A DNA stretch of 64,000 bases, from the NCBI GenBank assembly GCA_051362555.1, contig CM120640.1, positions 27,800,503-27,864,502 of the forward strand, written 5' to 3'. The DNA comes from Lingula anatina (taxonomy: Eukaryota; Animalia; Brachiopoda). A model generated the notes under the pieces. That model was not told where the DNA came from, did no database searches, and was given only the letters and a program-made list of their open reading frames with translations. Positions 1 through 12,340 of the stretch are shown in pieces. The translations under genes and the position numbers were made by a program. Position 1 is the first letter of the stretch. Each line of letters starts with the position of its first letter.

Positions 1-396
1 AGGAAGAGAGATTGAAACAGATCTTTATATCAACAAAAGAGAAAAACAATCTCATAATCAGATCATGAATTAGTATCTATGGCAACCTGGTTCCAAGCAA
101 ACTGCCACATACTCAGGTTAGCAAACATAGTGATATTGATAAAAATATAAACTGTTTCATAATGGTTTCTCAGACAGCAAAGGCAAGATAACCACGCTGA
201 ATTAGCTTAATCAAGGTAACCAAGGTCTATGCCATCCAGCAGGATGTTAGCAATGACTGCCAAGAAGCAGAGGCTATTAAAAAACAAGGAAGTGACTGAC
301 CACAAGTGAAATCAAGCTGAACAGGGACTCCTGTACTCTCATCAGTCATCCTGTATAGAGCAGGCACTGTTTCTTTAAACAATTATCTTTGTTTGA

Positions 397-457
<61 letters not shown>
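397..457. repeat. (AAT)n microsatellite, about 20 units
   Basis: Pure AAT run read directly; it explains the poly-Ile ORF 346..603. Confidence 0.95.
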
Positions 458-458
<1 letters not shown>

Positions 459-1843
459 ATTGTGCTGCATCACTCAAAACAATTGGAAAACAGATACATC
501 TACATCTAAACAAAAAAGTTAAATAAATGAGATCAGTGAGATCAGTGACATTCCAATATATCAATGTATCATGCTGAGTAAGAATAATGATATTATATGG
601 CACCTGAAAAAATGACGTGGAGCAACATATCCTCTACATAAATTTATCCTTTTTTAATTTCCAAAATATTGGAAGCCTTTAAGAATCCTGCTCTGTTGCA
701 AGGAAAATTTGTAAGATTTATGACCTGAAAACTGAGAAGTAGGTCACATTTGTAAACCAAATCAAACACACATACAGCGCAAAACAACTAACACTGAAGT
801 GATAGGTTTACTTTTGTAACATACTTATTCATGCTTCAGTAGCAAAATACAAGACAAAATATACTGATGCCTTTAATGATCAATGCAGAGAACCAGAAAC
901 TTCTTTTTTAAAACATTTCCACTGTTAATATTTGTGGTTCTACTGCAGTGTGCTGGGTCTGGTGGCTTCAGCAATAAGAATACACTTAATATTTGATAGG
1001 TTTAAAGAAACTTTAAGATGGAAACCTGTGCCTTTTATTCCAAATATCAAAACACAATAGCTGAGACAATACCACTGAAGCCATTAACAAAAAAAAAACT
1101 TACATTAAGGCCAAGCTACTCAAACACTTACTAACAGTACTGTCAGTGAGGATTCAGAATAAAAGCACACCATTCCCTTAAGTATACTTTATCTCTTAGG
1201 GTATATATTCATTGAGAATTTCCAGGTTGTTATTTGAATAGAATTATGGTCTATATATTATTGGAAATCATTGTTGACAAATAAGATTACCGAAAGTTAG
1301 CTTTGGCTGGTGAATATGAATAAAACAGATTTTGATAAATCTTCTTTAAAGCATGTGAATTATAGCAGATGTTATCCAATGTTTTCCTGATAAATTTTCA
1401 CATTAAATCCCATTTCTATACACAGATTTGCCATGGACATACTGCACAACCTAAGTGAACTTGGATTTTACCTACATCAATTTTATCTACATCAATAAAT
1501 AATAAAGGTAACAATATAACCTTCATTTCTGTGGCTTTGATAATGTTGTATGTATAGCTACTGATTACATGTAGGTTCTTATTGCTGGCAGGCTACAATT
1601 ATAAACTTACAAAGCAAAGTGGAAAAGACATACCCCCCCCCCCCAAAAAAAAAGGACAATGTACCAGTCCATGCCAGCATAGTTATGGTAGAAGATATGT
1701 GTGGGCGTGGCTCTTCCCTCACCTACCCTATTTTCCAGATACTAGTATAGCCTCATTAACATACTAACTACCTCTTTCCCAGGCTGAAAAAAACACCTTT
1801 GGGTACAGAAAATTGAGGAGGAGGAATTGTGGAGGGCTGGTTA

Positions 1844-1905
1844 CAGGACCCAGGATGTTGATGTCTACAGAGCAGGACCCAGGAAGTTGATGTCTACAGA
1901 GCAGG
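1844..1905. repeat. 29-bp tandem duplication
   Basis: CAGGACCCAGGAWGTTGATGTCTACAGAG x2 plus CAGG, one mismatch. Confidence 0.85.
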
Positions 1906-3199
1906 TATCAGTGACTGGCAAACTTGACAGAACAAGTGTGTGGAATTGGAAGGGGACCATGTTGAAAAACATTCCAGAATAAAAACAAAATATTTTGTCC
2001 TTTTGGTGTCAGGCTCAAACCCTTTTGATATCCCCATGTAAGCCCCGTGCTCCAAAAATATTAAGAATGTCCAATATTGGGTTGTATATTCCATGAAAAT
2101 GGTCAACCGGTGTGTGAAATGAATCAGTCAGACACATTGGTTCAATGGATATTTATAGAACATTACAACCAAGAATAATCCCTTAATCTACTGGACTGGG
2201 CTATTTTTAGCTGTCTTATCTATTTGCCAATGTATTATTAATATTATTTTGTTAGTGTAACCATTCATTCCTCTGGTTTTATCTGTATTTTAAAACCACC
2301 TTTTAGAATATGTTTTAAGCATGTGGTTATATCTGAAAAGGCATTATGATCTCTTGAATCTGTCAAGAACCCAAGTACTGAAATAGCAGGTGGTCTGATA
2401 AATACATGTTAACATGTATAGCTTAAAGGACTGCATATTATATTCTAGTTGGGTTTTACTTCCCAAGTGTGTGTCGCTTTACAAAAAAAAACAATAAACA
2501 AAATCACACAAAAAATTCACACAAAACATGATCAGAGAAATCAAATGAGATCATTTGCCTTTTTATCAATGAAAAATAGAAACCATTTGACACTATCGAT
2601 TAGCCTTCATGTGAACCACACTTGACATGACTGTAATGGAAGAGCAAGTTCTAACATTAACTTTGTTCTTTTTGCCATATCACATCAAACGAAAAATGCA
2701 CTTGATCTCCTTTCTAGGACCTTGAATTTGCATCAACTGACTTGCCCTGGGCTATTAACTTCTTGTAATGTCTTAACACAGTTACTGTATATAAGATTCA
2801 AATAATTGTTAAAACTGGCCTCATAAAAAACAAAACTGACTCTCCTTCTCAGTGCAGCACATATTGTACATAGTTATATGCAAGTGCACAGGATATAATA
2901 CCCAATAAATGAGTTTGGTATAGTGCCAGCTAAATCCATTACAATCTTCAAATTCTGACATCAGGGACCTTGACAAAAGAACAAAAAATAAATAAATAAA
3001 CTAGAGGATCAGAGAGGCGATACCGCCTCCGAATATTGTACCACCAGCTGGAGCAAGCGCATTCGTATAGACCCCCACATACACAAAATAAGGGACACAG
3101 CCACCAGTTTTGTGCTTGACAAGCTGTAAAAATGCAATCAACAAGAATTTTTAAACTATTGCAAAAAACATATATGGTACAATCAAATTTAAGTTCTTC

Positions 3200-6100
3200 G
3201 TAAGGTAGGTCAAGGGTCAATTTCAAGGTCACAGTAAATTGCCAGTATATGACTTCATATTCAAGTTCAAGAATAACTATGAACCTATCTCTGTCAAGTT
3301 TGAAGTTAAAAGAGAAAAAAAGTTCAGTTCATGATAAAAAGTAGGTCAAAGGTCAATTTCAAGGTCACACTTATATTGCCAGTATAGGACTTCCTATTCA
3401 AGTTTAATAATAACTATGGACCTATCTCTGTCAGTTTTGGAGATAAAACGGAAGCAAAATTTGCAAAATTCAGTTCATGGTGAAAAGTAGGTCAAAGGTC
3501 AATTTCAAGGTCACATTTAGATTGCCAGTATATGACTTTCTATTCAAGTTCAATAGTAACGATGGACCTATCTCTGCCAGTTTTGGAGATAAAAGGAAAG
3601 CAAAATTTGCAAAGTTCAGTTCATGGTGAAAAGTAGGTCAAAGGTCAATTTTAAGGTCACATTTATATTGCCAGTATATGACTTCCTATTCAAGTTCAAT
3701 AGTAACTATGGACCTATCTCTGCCAGTTTTGGAGATAAAAGGGAAGCAAAATTTGCAAAGTTAAGTTCATGGTGAAAAGTAGGTCAAAGGTCAATTTTAA
3801 GGTCACATTTAGATTGCCAGTATATGACTTCCTATTCAAGTTCAATAGTAACTATGGACCTATCTCTGCCAGTTTTGGAGATAAAAGGGAAGCAAAATTT
3901 GCAAAGTTCAGTTCATGGTGAAAAGTAGGTCAAAGGTCAATTTTAAAGTCACATTTAGATTGCCAGTATATGACTTCCTATTCAAGTTCAATAGTAACTA
4001 TGGACCTATCTCTGCCAGTTTTGGAGATAAAAGGGAAGCAAAATTTGCAAAGTTCAGTTCATGGTGAAAAGTAGGTCAAAGGTCAATTTTAAGGTCACAT
4101 TTAGATTGCCAGTATATGACTTCCTATTCAATTTCAATAGTAACTATGGACCTATCTCTGCCAGTTTTGGAGATAAAAGGGAAGCAAAATTTGCAAAGTT
4201 CAGTTCATGGTGAAAAGTAGGTCAAAGGTCAATTTTAAGGTCACATTTAGATTGCCAGTATATGACTTCCTATTCAAGTTCAATAGTAACTATGGACCTA
4301 TCAGTTCATGGTTAAAAGTAGGTCAAAGGTCAATTTTAAGGTCACATTTATATTGCCAGTATATGACTTCCTATTCAAGTTCAATAGTAACTATGGACCT
4401 ATCTCTGCCAGTTTTGGAGATAAAAGGGAAGCAAAATTTGCAAAGTTCAGTTCATGGTGAAAAGTAGGTCAAAGGTCAATTTTAAGGTCACATTTAGATT
4501 GCCAGTATATGACTTCCTATTCAAGTTCAATAGTAACTATGGACCTATCTCTGCCAGTTTTGGAGATAAAAGGGAAGCAAAATTTGCAAAGTTCAGTTCA
4601 TGGTGAAAAGTAGGTCAAAGGTCAATTTTAAGGTCACATTTAGATTGCCAGTATATGACTTCCTATTCAAGTTCAATAGTAACTATGGACCTATCTCTGC
4701 CAGTTTTGGAGATAAAAGGGAAGCAAAATTTGCAAAGTTCAGTTCATGGTGAAAAGTAGGTCAAAGGTCAATTTTAAGGTCACATTTAGATTGCCAGTAT
4801 ATGACTTCCTATTCAATTTCAATAGTAACTATGGACCTATCTCTGCCAGTTTTGGAGATAAAAGGGAAGCAAAATTTGCAAAGTTCAGTTCATGGTGAAA
4901 AGTAGGTCAAAGGTCAATTTTAAGGTCACATTTATATTGCCAGTATATGACTTCCTATTCAAGTTCAATAGTAACTATGAACCTATCTCTGCCAGTTTTG
5001 GAGATATAAGGGACTAAATGTTATAATTTTGGAGTTACCATAATGTGCCTTAAATTTCGTACAGAAAAAATTAATTAAAATAAAGAAAATGTCATTTTGG
5101 TCAAAATTCTTGAAATAGGAGGTGCTCTGAAGTTTCAGAAGTTCAAGTTTGATGAAATAATGTCATTTTTGAACACAAGTTGTCTGCTTTGCCAAGCCTT
5201 ATGTTTTATTTTTCCAGAGTTCAAAATTTATTATCCATTACCGTACTGCACATTTTGCTTTTACCACCAATATGTACTTTTTGATACAGCGTAACTCGAA
5301 AACCGTATGGAATACAAAAAAACCCGAGACCACCTCCAGTATTGGGCTTTACATGCAAAGTTCAGTTCATGGTGAAAAGTAGGTCAAAGGTCAATTTTAA
5401 GGTCACATTTAATTGCCAGTATATGACTTCCTATTCAAGTTCAGTAGTAACTATGGACCTATCTCTGCCAGTTTTGGAGATAAAAGGGAAGCAAAATTTG
5501 CAAAGTTCAGTTCATGGTGAAAAGTAGGTCAAAGGTCAATTTTAAGGTCACATTTAGATTGCCAGTATATGACTTCCTATTCAAGTTCAATAGTAACTAT
5601 GGACCTATCAGTTCATGGTGAAAAGTAGGTCAAAGGTCAATTTTAAGGTCACATTTATATTGCCAGTATATGACTTCCTATTCAAGTTCAATAGTAACTA
5701 TGGACCTATCTCTGCCAGTTTTGGAGATAAAAGGGAAGCAAAATTTGCAAAGTTCAGTTCATGGTGAAAAGTAGGTCAAAGGTCAATTTTAAGGTCACAT
5801 TTAGATTGCCAGTATATGACTTCCTATTCAAGTTCAATAGTAACTATGAACCTATCTCTGCCAGTTTTGGAGATATAAGGGACTAAATGTTATAATTTTG
5901 GAGTTACCATAATGTGCCTTAAATTTCGTACAGAAAAAATTAATTAAAATAAAGAAAATGTCATTTTGGTCAAAATTCTTGAAATAGGAGGTGCTCTGAA
6001 GTTTCAGAAGTTCAAGTTTGATGAAATAATGTCATTTTTGAACACAAGTTGTCTGCTTTGCCAAGCCTTATGTTTTATTTTTCCAGAGTTCAAAATTTAT

Positions 6101-9100
6101 TATCCATTACCGTACTGCACATTTTGCTTTTACCACCAATATGTACTTTTTGATACAGCGTAACTCGAAAACCGTATGGAATACAAAAAAACCGAGACCA
6201 CCTCCAGTATTAGGCTTTACATGCAAAGTTCAGTTCATGGTGAAAAGTAGGTCAAAGGTCAATTTTAAGGTCACATTTAGATTGCTGGTATATGACTTCC
6301 TATTCAAGTTCAATAGTAACTATGGACCTATCTCTGCCAGTTTTGGAGATAAAAGGGAAGCAAAATTTGCAAAGTTCAGTTCATGGTGAAAAGTAGGTCA
6401 AAGGTCAATTTTAAGGTCACATTTAGATTGTCAGTATATGACTTCCTATTCAAGTTCAATAGTAACTATGGACCTATCTCTGCCAGTTTTGGAGATATAA
6501 GGGACTAAATGTTATAATTTTGGAGTTACCATAATGTGCCTTAAATTTCGTACAGAAAAAATTAATTAAAATAAAGAAAATGTCATTTTGGTCAAAATTC
6601 TTGAAATAGGAGGTGCTCTGAAGTTTCAGAAGTTCAAGTTTGATGAAATAATGTCATTTTTGAACACATTGTCTGCTTTGCCAAGCCTTATGTTTTATTT
6701 TTCCAGAGTTCAAAATTTATTATCCATTACCGTACTGCACATTTTTGCTTACCACCAATATGTACTTTTTGATACAGCGTAACTCGAAAACCGTATGGAA
6801 TACAAAAAAACCCGAGACCACCTCCAGTATTGGGCTTTACATGCAAAGTTCAGTTCATGGTGAAAAGTAGGTCAAAGGTCAATTTTAAGGTCACATTTAA
6901 TTGCCAGTATATGACTTCCTATTCAAGTTCAGTAGTAACTATGGACCTATCTCTGCCAGTTTTGGAGATAAAAGGGAAGCAAAATTTGCAAAGTTCAGTT
7001 CATGGTGAAAAGTAGGTCAAAGGTCAATTTTAAGGTCACATTTAGATTGCCAGTATATGACTTCCTATTCAAGTTCAATAGTAACTATGGACCTATCAGT
7101 TCATGGTGAAAAGTAGGTCAAAGGTCAATTTTAAGGTCACATTTATATTGCCAGTATATGACTTCCTATTCAAGTTCAATAGTAACTATGGACCTATCTC
7201 TGCCAGTTTTGGAGATAAAAGGGAAGCAAAATTTGCAAAGTTCAGTTCATGGTGAAAAGTAGGTCAAAGGTCAATTTTAAGGTCACATTTAGATTGCCAG
7301 TATATGACTTCCTATTCAAGTTCAATAGTAACTATGAACCTATCTCTGCCAGTTTTGGAGATATAAGGGACTAAATGTTATAATTTTGGAGTTACCATAA
7401 TGTGCCTTAAATTTCGTACAGAAAAAATTAATTAAAATAAAGAAAATGTCATTTTGGTCAAAATTCTTGAAATAGGAGGTGCTCTGAAGTTTCAGAAGTT
7501 CAAGTTTGATGAAATAATGTCATTTTTGAACACAAGTTGTCTGCTTTGCCAAGCCTTATGTTTTATTTTTCCAGAGTTCAAAATTTATTATCCATTACCG
7601 TACTGCACATTTTGCTTTTACCACCAATATGTACTTTTTGATACAGCGTAACTCGAAAACCGTATGGAATACAAAAAAACCGAGACCACCTCCAGTATTA
7701 GGCTTTACATGCAAAGTTCAGTTCATGGTGAAAAGTAGGTCAAAGGTCAATTTTAAGGTCACATTTAGATTGCCGGTATATGACTTCCTATTCAAGTTCA
7801 ATAGTAACTATGGACCTATCTCTGCCAGTTTTGGAGATAAAAGGGAAGCAAAATTTGCAAAGTTCAGTTCATGGTGAAAAGTAGGTCAAAGGTCAATTTT
7901 AAGGTCACATTTAGATTGTCAGTATATGACTTCCTATTCAAGTTCAATAGTAACTATGGACCTATCTCTGCCAGTTTTGGAGATATAAGGGACTAAATGT
8001 TATAATTTTGGAGTTACCATAATGTGCCTTAAATTTCGTACAGAAAAAATTAATTAAAATAAAGAAAATGTCATTTTGGTCAAAATTCTTGAAATAGGAG
8101 GTGCTCTGAAGTTTCAGAAGTTCAAGTTTGATGAAATAATGTCATTTTTGAACACATTGTCTGCTTTGCCAAGCCTTATGTTTTATTTTTCCAGAGTTCA
8201 AAATTTATTATCCATTACCGTACTGCACATTTTTGCTTACCACCAATATGTACTTTTTGATACAGCGTAACTCGAAAACCGTATGGAATACAAAAAAACC
8301 CGAGACCACCTCCAGTATTGGGCTTTACATGCAAAGTTCAGTTCATGGTGAAAAGTAGGTCAAAGGTCAATTTTAAGGTCACATTTAATTGCCAGTATAT
8401 GACTTCCTATTCAAGTTCAGTAGTAACTATGGACCTATCTCTGCCAGTTTTGGAGATAAAAGGGAAGCAAAATTTGCAAAGTTCAGTTCATGGTGAAAAG
8501 TAGGTCAAAGGTCAATTTTAAGGTCACATTTAGATTGCCAGTATATGACTTCCTATTCAAGTTCAATAGTAACTATGGACCTATCTCTGCCAGTTTTGGA
8601 GATAAAACGGAAGCAAATTTTGCAAAGTTCAGTTTATGGTGAAAAGTAGGTCAAAGGTCAATTTTAAGGTCACATTTAGATTGCCAGTATATGACTTCCT
8701 ATTCAAGTTCAATAGTAACTACGGACCTATCTCAGCCAGTTTTGGAGATAAAAGGAAAGCAAAATTTGCAAAGTTCAGTTTATGGTGAAAAGTAGGTCAA
8801 AGGTCAATTTTAAGGTCACATATAGATTGCCAGTATATGACTTCCTATTCAAGTTCAATAGTAACTATGGGCCTATCTCTGCCAGTTTTGGAGATAAAAG
8901 GGAAGAAAAATTTGCAAAGTTCAGTTCATGGTGAAAAGTAGGTCAAAGGTCAATTTTAAGGTCACATATAGATTGCCAGTATATGACTTCCTATCCAACT
9001 TCAATAGTAACTATAGACCTATCTCTGCCAGTTTTGGAGATATAAGGGACTAAATGCTATAATTTTGGAGTTACCATAATGTGCCTTAAATTTCGTACAA

Positions 9101-9391
9101 AAAAAATTAATTAAAATAAAGAAAATGTCATTTTGGTCAAAATTCTTGAAATAGGAGGTGCTCTGAAGTTTCAGAAGTTCAAATTTGATGAAATTATGTC
9201 ATTTTTGAACACAAGTTGTCTGCTTTGCCAAGCCTAATGTTTTATTTTTCCAGAGTTCAAAATTTATTATCCATTACCGTACTGCACATTTTGCTTTTAC
9301 CACCAATATGTACTTTTTGATACAGCGTAACTCGAAAACCGTATGGAATACAAAAAAACCGAGACCACCTCCAGTGTTGGGCTTTACATGC
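3200..9391. repeat. Complex tandem array: about 30 x 146-bp monomer (A) interspersed with 6 x ~345-bp block (B); 1488-bp higher-order repeat
   Basis: Monomer periodicity read directly (ATGGTGAAAAG at 3623, 3769, 3915, 4061, 4207). B blocks start near 5010, 5879, 6501, 7367, 7989, 9046. Identical ORF-track hits recur at +1488 (5342/6830/8318; 5966/7454; 6588/8076). Confidence 0.95.
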
Positions 9392-9947
9392 TCTACAAAA
9401 TGCAAAAAAGAATGGGTCTCTAGCATTAACGGTTCCCGAATTAGAGACAGTTTTCAGTTTCGGTATCTTATGGCCGCTACTCCCGTGAAAATGCACCGAT
9501 TGACCCCAAATTCATGGAGATGAAAGATGACCTGAAGGGTAACACTTTCCAATAATATTATTGGTTAAGTCTGTGTGGTGTCTGAATAACAGGGCAAAAA
9601 AATTTTTTTTCGTAAAAAATGAAATTTTTTTGAAAATTTTGGCCCATTTGACCTTGAAGTAAAGGTCAAAGGTCAAATCCAAGGGTATATTTGAAATCTA
9701 CACATATGACTTTTGGAAAGCCGTCTATAGAAATTTTTCCCATAACTCCTTCCGTAGGGTAGATAATTAGCATTTAATTTTGCCATTTTTAGACAAGGGT
9801 GCATTGCAATGAGTGCCACACCCAGACCCCAATACCGACAAAGCCCAAATTTTACGTGGAACGAGTTGAGATTATAGGTGACCTAAATCCATGAGATGGG
9901 TATGGGGGGCCTTACCGTCTAGGAGGAGAAGCGGTAACGGTAGCCGT

Positions 9948-10001
9948 CCGGCGGAGCCGGCGGAGCCGGCGGAACCGGCGGAGCCGGCGGAGCCGGCGGA
10001 A
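9948..10001. repeat. (CCGGCGGAG)6 GC-rich minisatellite of the HINE 5' region
   Basis: Six 9-bp units, two ending in A, next to the terminal hairpin. Confidence 0.9.
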
Positions 10002-11961
10002 CGATCCGGACGAGACCGAAACCATGTGTACCGCCAGCGCTAACGCTGGTGGTACAATAAATGAAACAACAGGATATATGTAAATTTTTTACATAAACTC
10101 AGCACCAGACTTTATCTCTCCAGGTTCAGTTTCAGTCTTCCTGATGATATAGTTTACATGACGCAGCACATTTCCACTGACAACAAGCATGGTAGCTGAT
10201 CTTGAAAATGGAACGCTTAATTCATGTTAGAATTTGACAACTGCCAACAAGAAGGTCTCCAATGGGAAGAGCAATCACATCAAACACTGACTTGATACAT
10301 ATTAAGATTTTCCCATGTGCGCAGGCCAACCACTAGTAAGTACATCAGTATACACTGCTTGAGAGCCTAATCATTAACCTGACTGAAATGTACACAGCAG
10401 CCGTAGAAGAAATGCTAAGAGCTCCATGCTGTGCTGACGTCCCTGCCTCCGACATTGTGGCAAACTACAAACCTTTTACAACCACAACCTGTTGTCATAG
10501 ACACAATATAGAGAGTTGGAAAGAAACATTCATGATTTATTTTGTGTGCTTGGCACCTCAAGCTGCTCTGGTGACTACGTTTAGGTAACACTACATACTT
10601 TCTGTCTTTTCAGTGACAGCAAAAACCTATTTCACCTTAGAATTAATATTCTATTTGAGTGCAGCTGTACTATATCACTGACAAAAAAAGGTACAACAGC
10701 ACTACACAGGTAAAACAATCTATTCATCAATGCTCTGTACTTAGTCTGAACATTCATATTACACACTTCTTGAACCTTATTGCAATAATAACTAATCACC
10801 AGTACTTAACAAAACCTGAATTGCCCAAACATTCTGTAATACCTTTTTTAAAAAAACTGCTCATGTGGCTCATTAATAATGTTTTACCAAATACTCATAG
10901 TCAAAATTCTCCTTGAATAGTATAAATATTGCAACACACGATATTATGTAAAAACTTATGTCATCGCTATGCATCATCCTGCCGTCTGAATGGCTGCAAT
11001 GTTTCAGTCAATAACTGTTTAATGAAGCATTAAATTACAGTTCATCTGGTCATTTATAACAGCAATATCTGTATTATATGACAAGTTTTATGAATGGCAA
11101 GTCTGTAAATGAAATAATCATCTGTAGCTTCCATAATGACCCTGAGAAACATGAAAAATATCTTTCATGTTGGTTTTCCATTAAAAACCCCAGTTTTGAA
11201 AGGCTCTGCTGTCACTGTCTACTCCAGAAAGGAACAATATTTGCAGGAAAATCCCAAACAATTATACCAACTGTCTCAAACACAGTGTCTCACTTGCTCC
11301 TTATCCTCATCCTCAGATTTCTGACATTTCACACTTCATACAGTTTAAGGATTTTTTGAGGTTAATTCACTAGTGTAACAGACTGGAACAACACAAGACA
11401 CCGAGTAAATGAGCCTTCCACCACTAGCCTCTCTTTTAGGTTGTCCAGTTGGCATGTTCATGTTCACTTTTTTATATGACAAAGTAAACTATAAGGAGGT
11501 GTACAATGAGCTGACATGTAGTACTCTGAACAAGGTGCCAGATTTTGAAAGCTGACACTGCATCATGTCCATCTTTATATATGAGAGACAGATGACTTCT
11601 TATGAAGCCTCTTCAGTCAATTATCCTGATATGGAGCAGTATATTACAGGAGAATATTTGCTTTTGTTTATAGATAAAATAACATTGAAGAAAGATATTA
11701 TAATATAATGGCCAACTGTGAGGTTTTACTTTTGTCAATTTCCTTGTATCATTTTGTCCTGTATGGGATATTGAATCTATAAAGTAACAATATAATTTGG
11801 CTGCATGTCTAGTGATTCGTCCTTCAAGTGCTTTGCCTACTGCTTTTGAACTGTCAACGTACAATTTCGAAGGCAACCTTAAAAAAACATCACCGATTAA
11901 CAGGCTTAATTGCCACTTAACACATTTAATATTAGGTATGTCCCTGAGACAACCACTATAA

Positions 11962-12248
11962 GAGGGCATTCAGAGCAAGTTCATCTGTGGAATAACAGAT
12001 TTGCGGACTAAATATGGCCGACCCACTTAAAAGTAGCGCGGACTACTCCTCTGATGGCCTCCCCATCTCCCAATGAGCTGTTGCTGCAGGGCCTTGCAAT
12101 TAAACCTAGGAGCCAAGATTGAATCCCTTTAATAGGGCTTGTGGAGGAGAGGAAACCATCAGGGGATTAAGCTGCGCTGCTTTTAGTGGGGTCGGCCATT
12201 TTCAGTCAGCAGATCAGTTAGTCTGCAAATCATGTTCTGAATACGCTC
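11962..12248. mobile_element. Fold-back MITE, PIF/Harbinger (Tourist)-like
   Basis: Long (~120 bp) imperfect inverted arms (GAGGGCATTCAGAGCA...ATGGCCGACCCAC / GTGGGGTCGGCCAT...TGTTCTGAATACGCTC) flanked by TAA on both sides (11959-11961, 12249-12251). Confidence 0.7.
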
Positions 12249-12340
12249 TAAGGTTATTATCAAGGAAATGATTACAAGTGAGGACTTTTTTTCGAATTCA
12301 CCATTTTTGAAATTTTATTCTTCCAAAAAGTATATGTTAG

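Larger units (their letters stand above)
3001..10059 (-). mobile_element. Non-autonomous Helentron/HINE (DINE-1/pearl-like) element with internal satellite array, in CRTC intron 2
   Basis: 15-bp subterminal inverted repeats TATTGTACCACCAGC (3034-3048) / GCTGGTGGTACAATA (10045-10059). 5' hairpin TGTACCGCCAGCG-ctaa-CGCTGGTGGTACA (10027-10056). (CCGGCGGAG)6 microsatellite at 9948-10001. 3' stem-loop GAGGCG-atac-CGCCTC (3014-3029) followed on the minus strand by CTAG and a T-run. No TSD and no transposase ORF. This order of parts matches the published HINE/DINE-1 architecture. Confidence 0.8.

Noticed and set aside
346-603. Poly-isoleucine ORF preceded by a plausible acceptor, considered as CRTC exon 3
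   Set aside because: It is a translation of the (AAT)n microsatellite with no CRTC-like sequence and an in-frame stop.
3200-9391. Repeat/spacer alternation resembling a CRISPR array
   Set aside because: Units are 146 and ~345 bp, the 'spacers' are near-identical copies, there are no cas genes, and the context is a spliceosomal intron.
4207-9523. Recurrent 61-86 aa ORFs (MVKSRSKVNF..., MVKILEIGG...)
   Set aside because: By-products of the tandem repeat: frames break between copies through small indels and no domain is recognisable.
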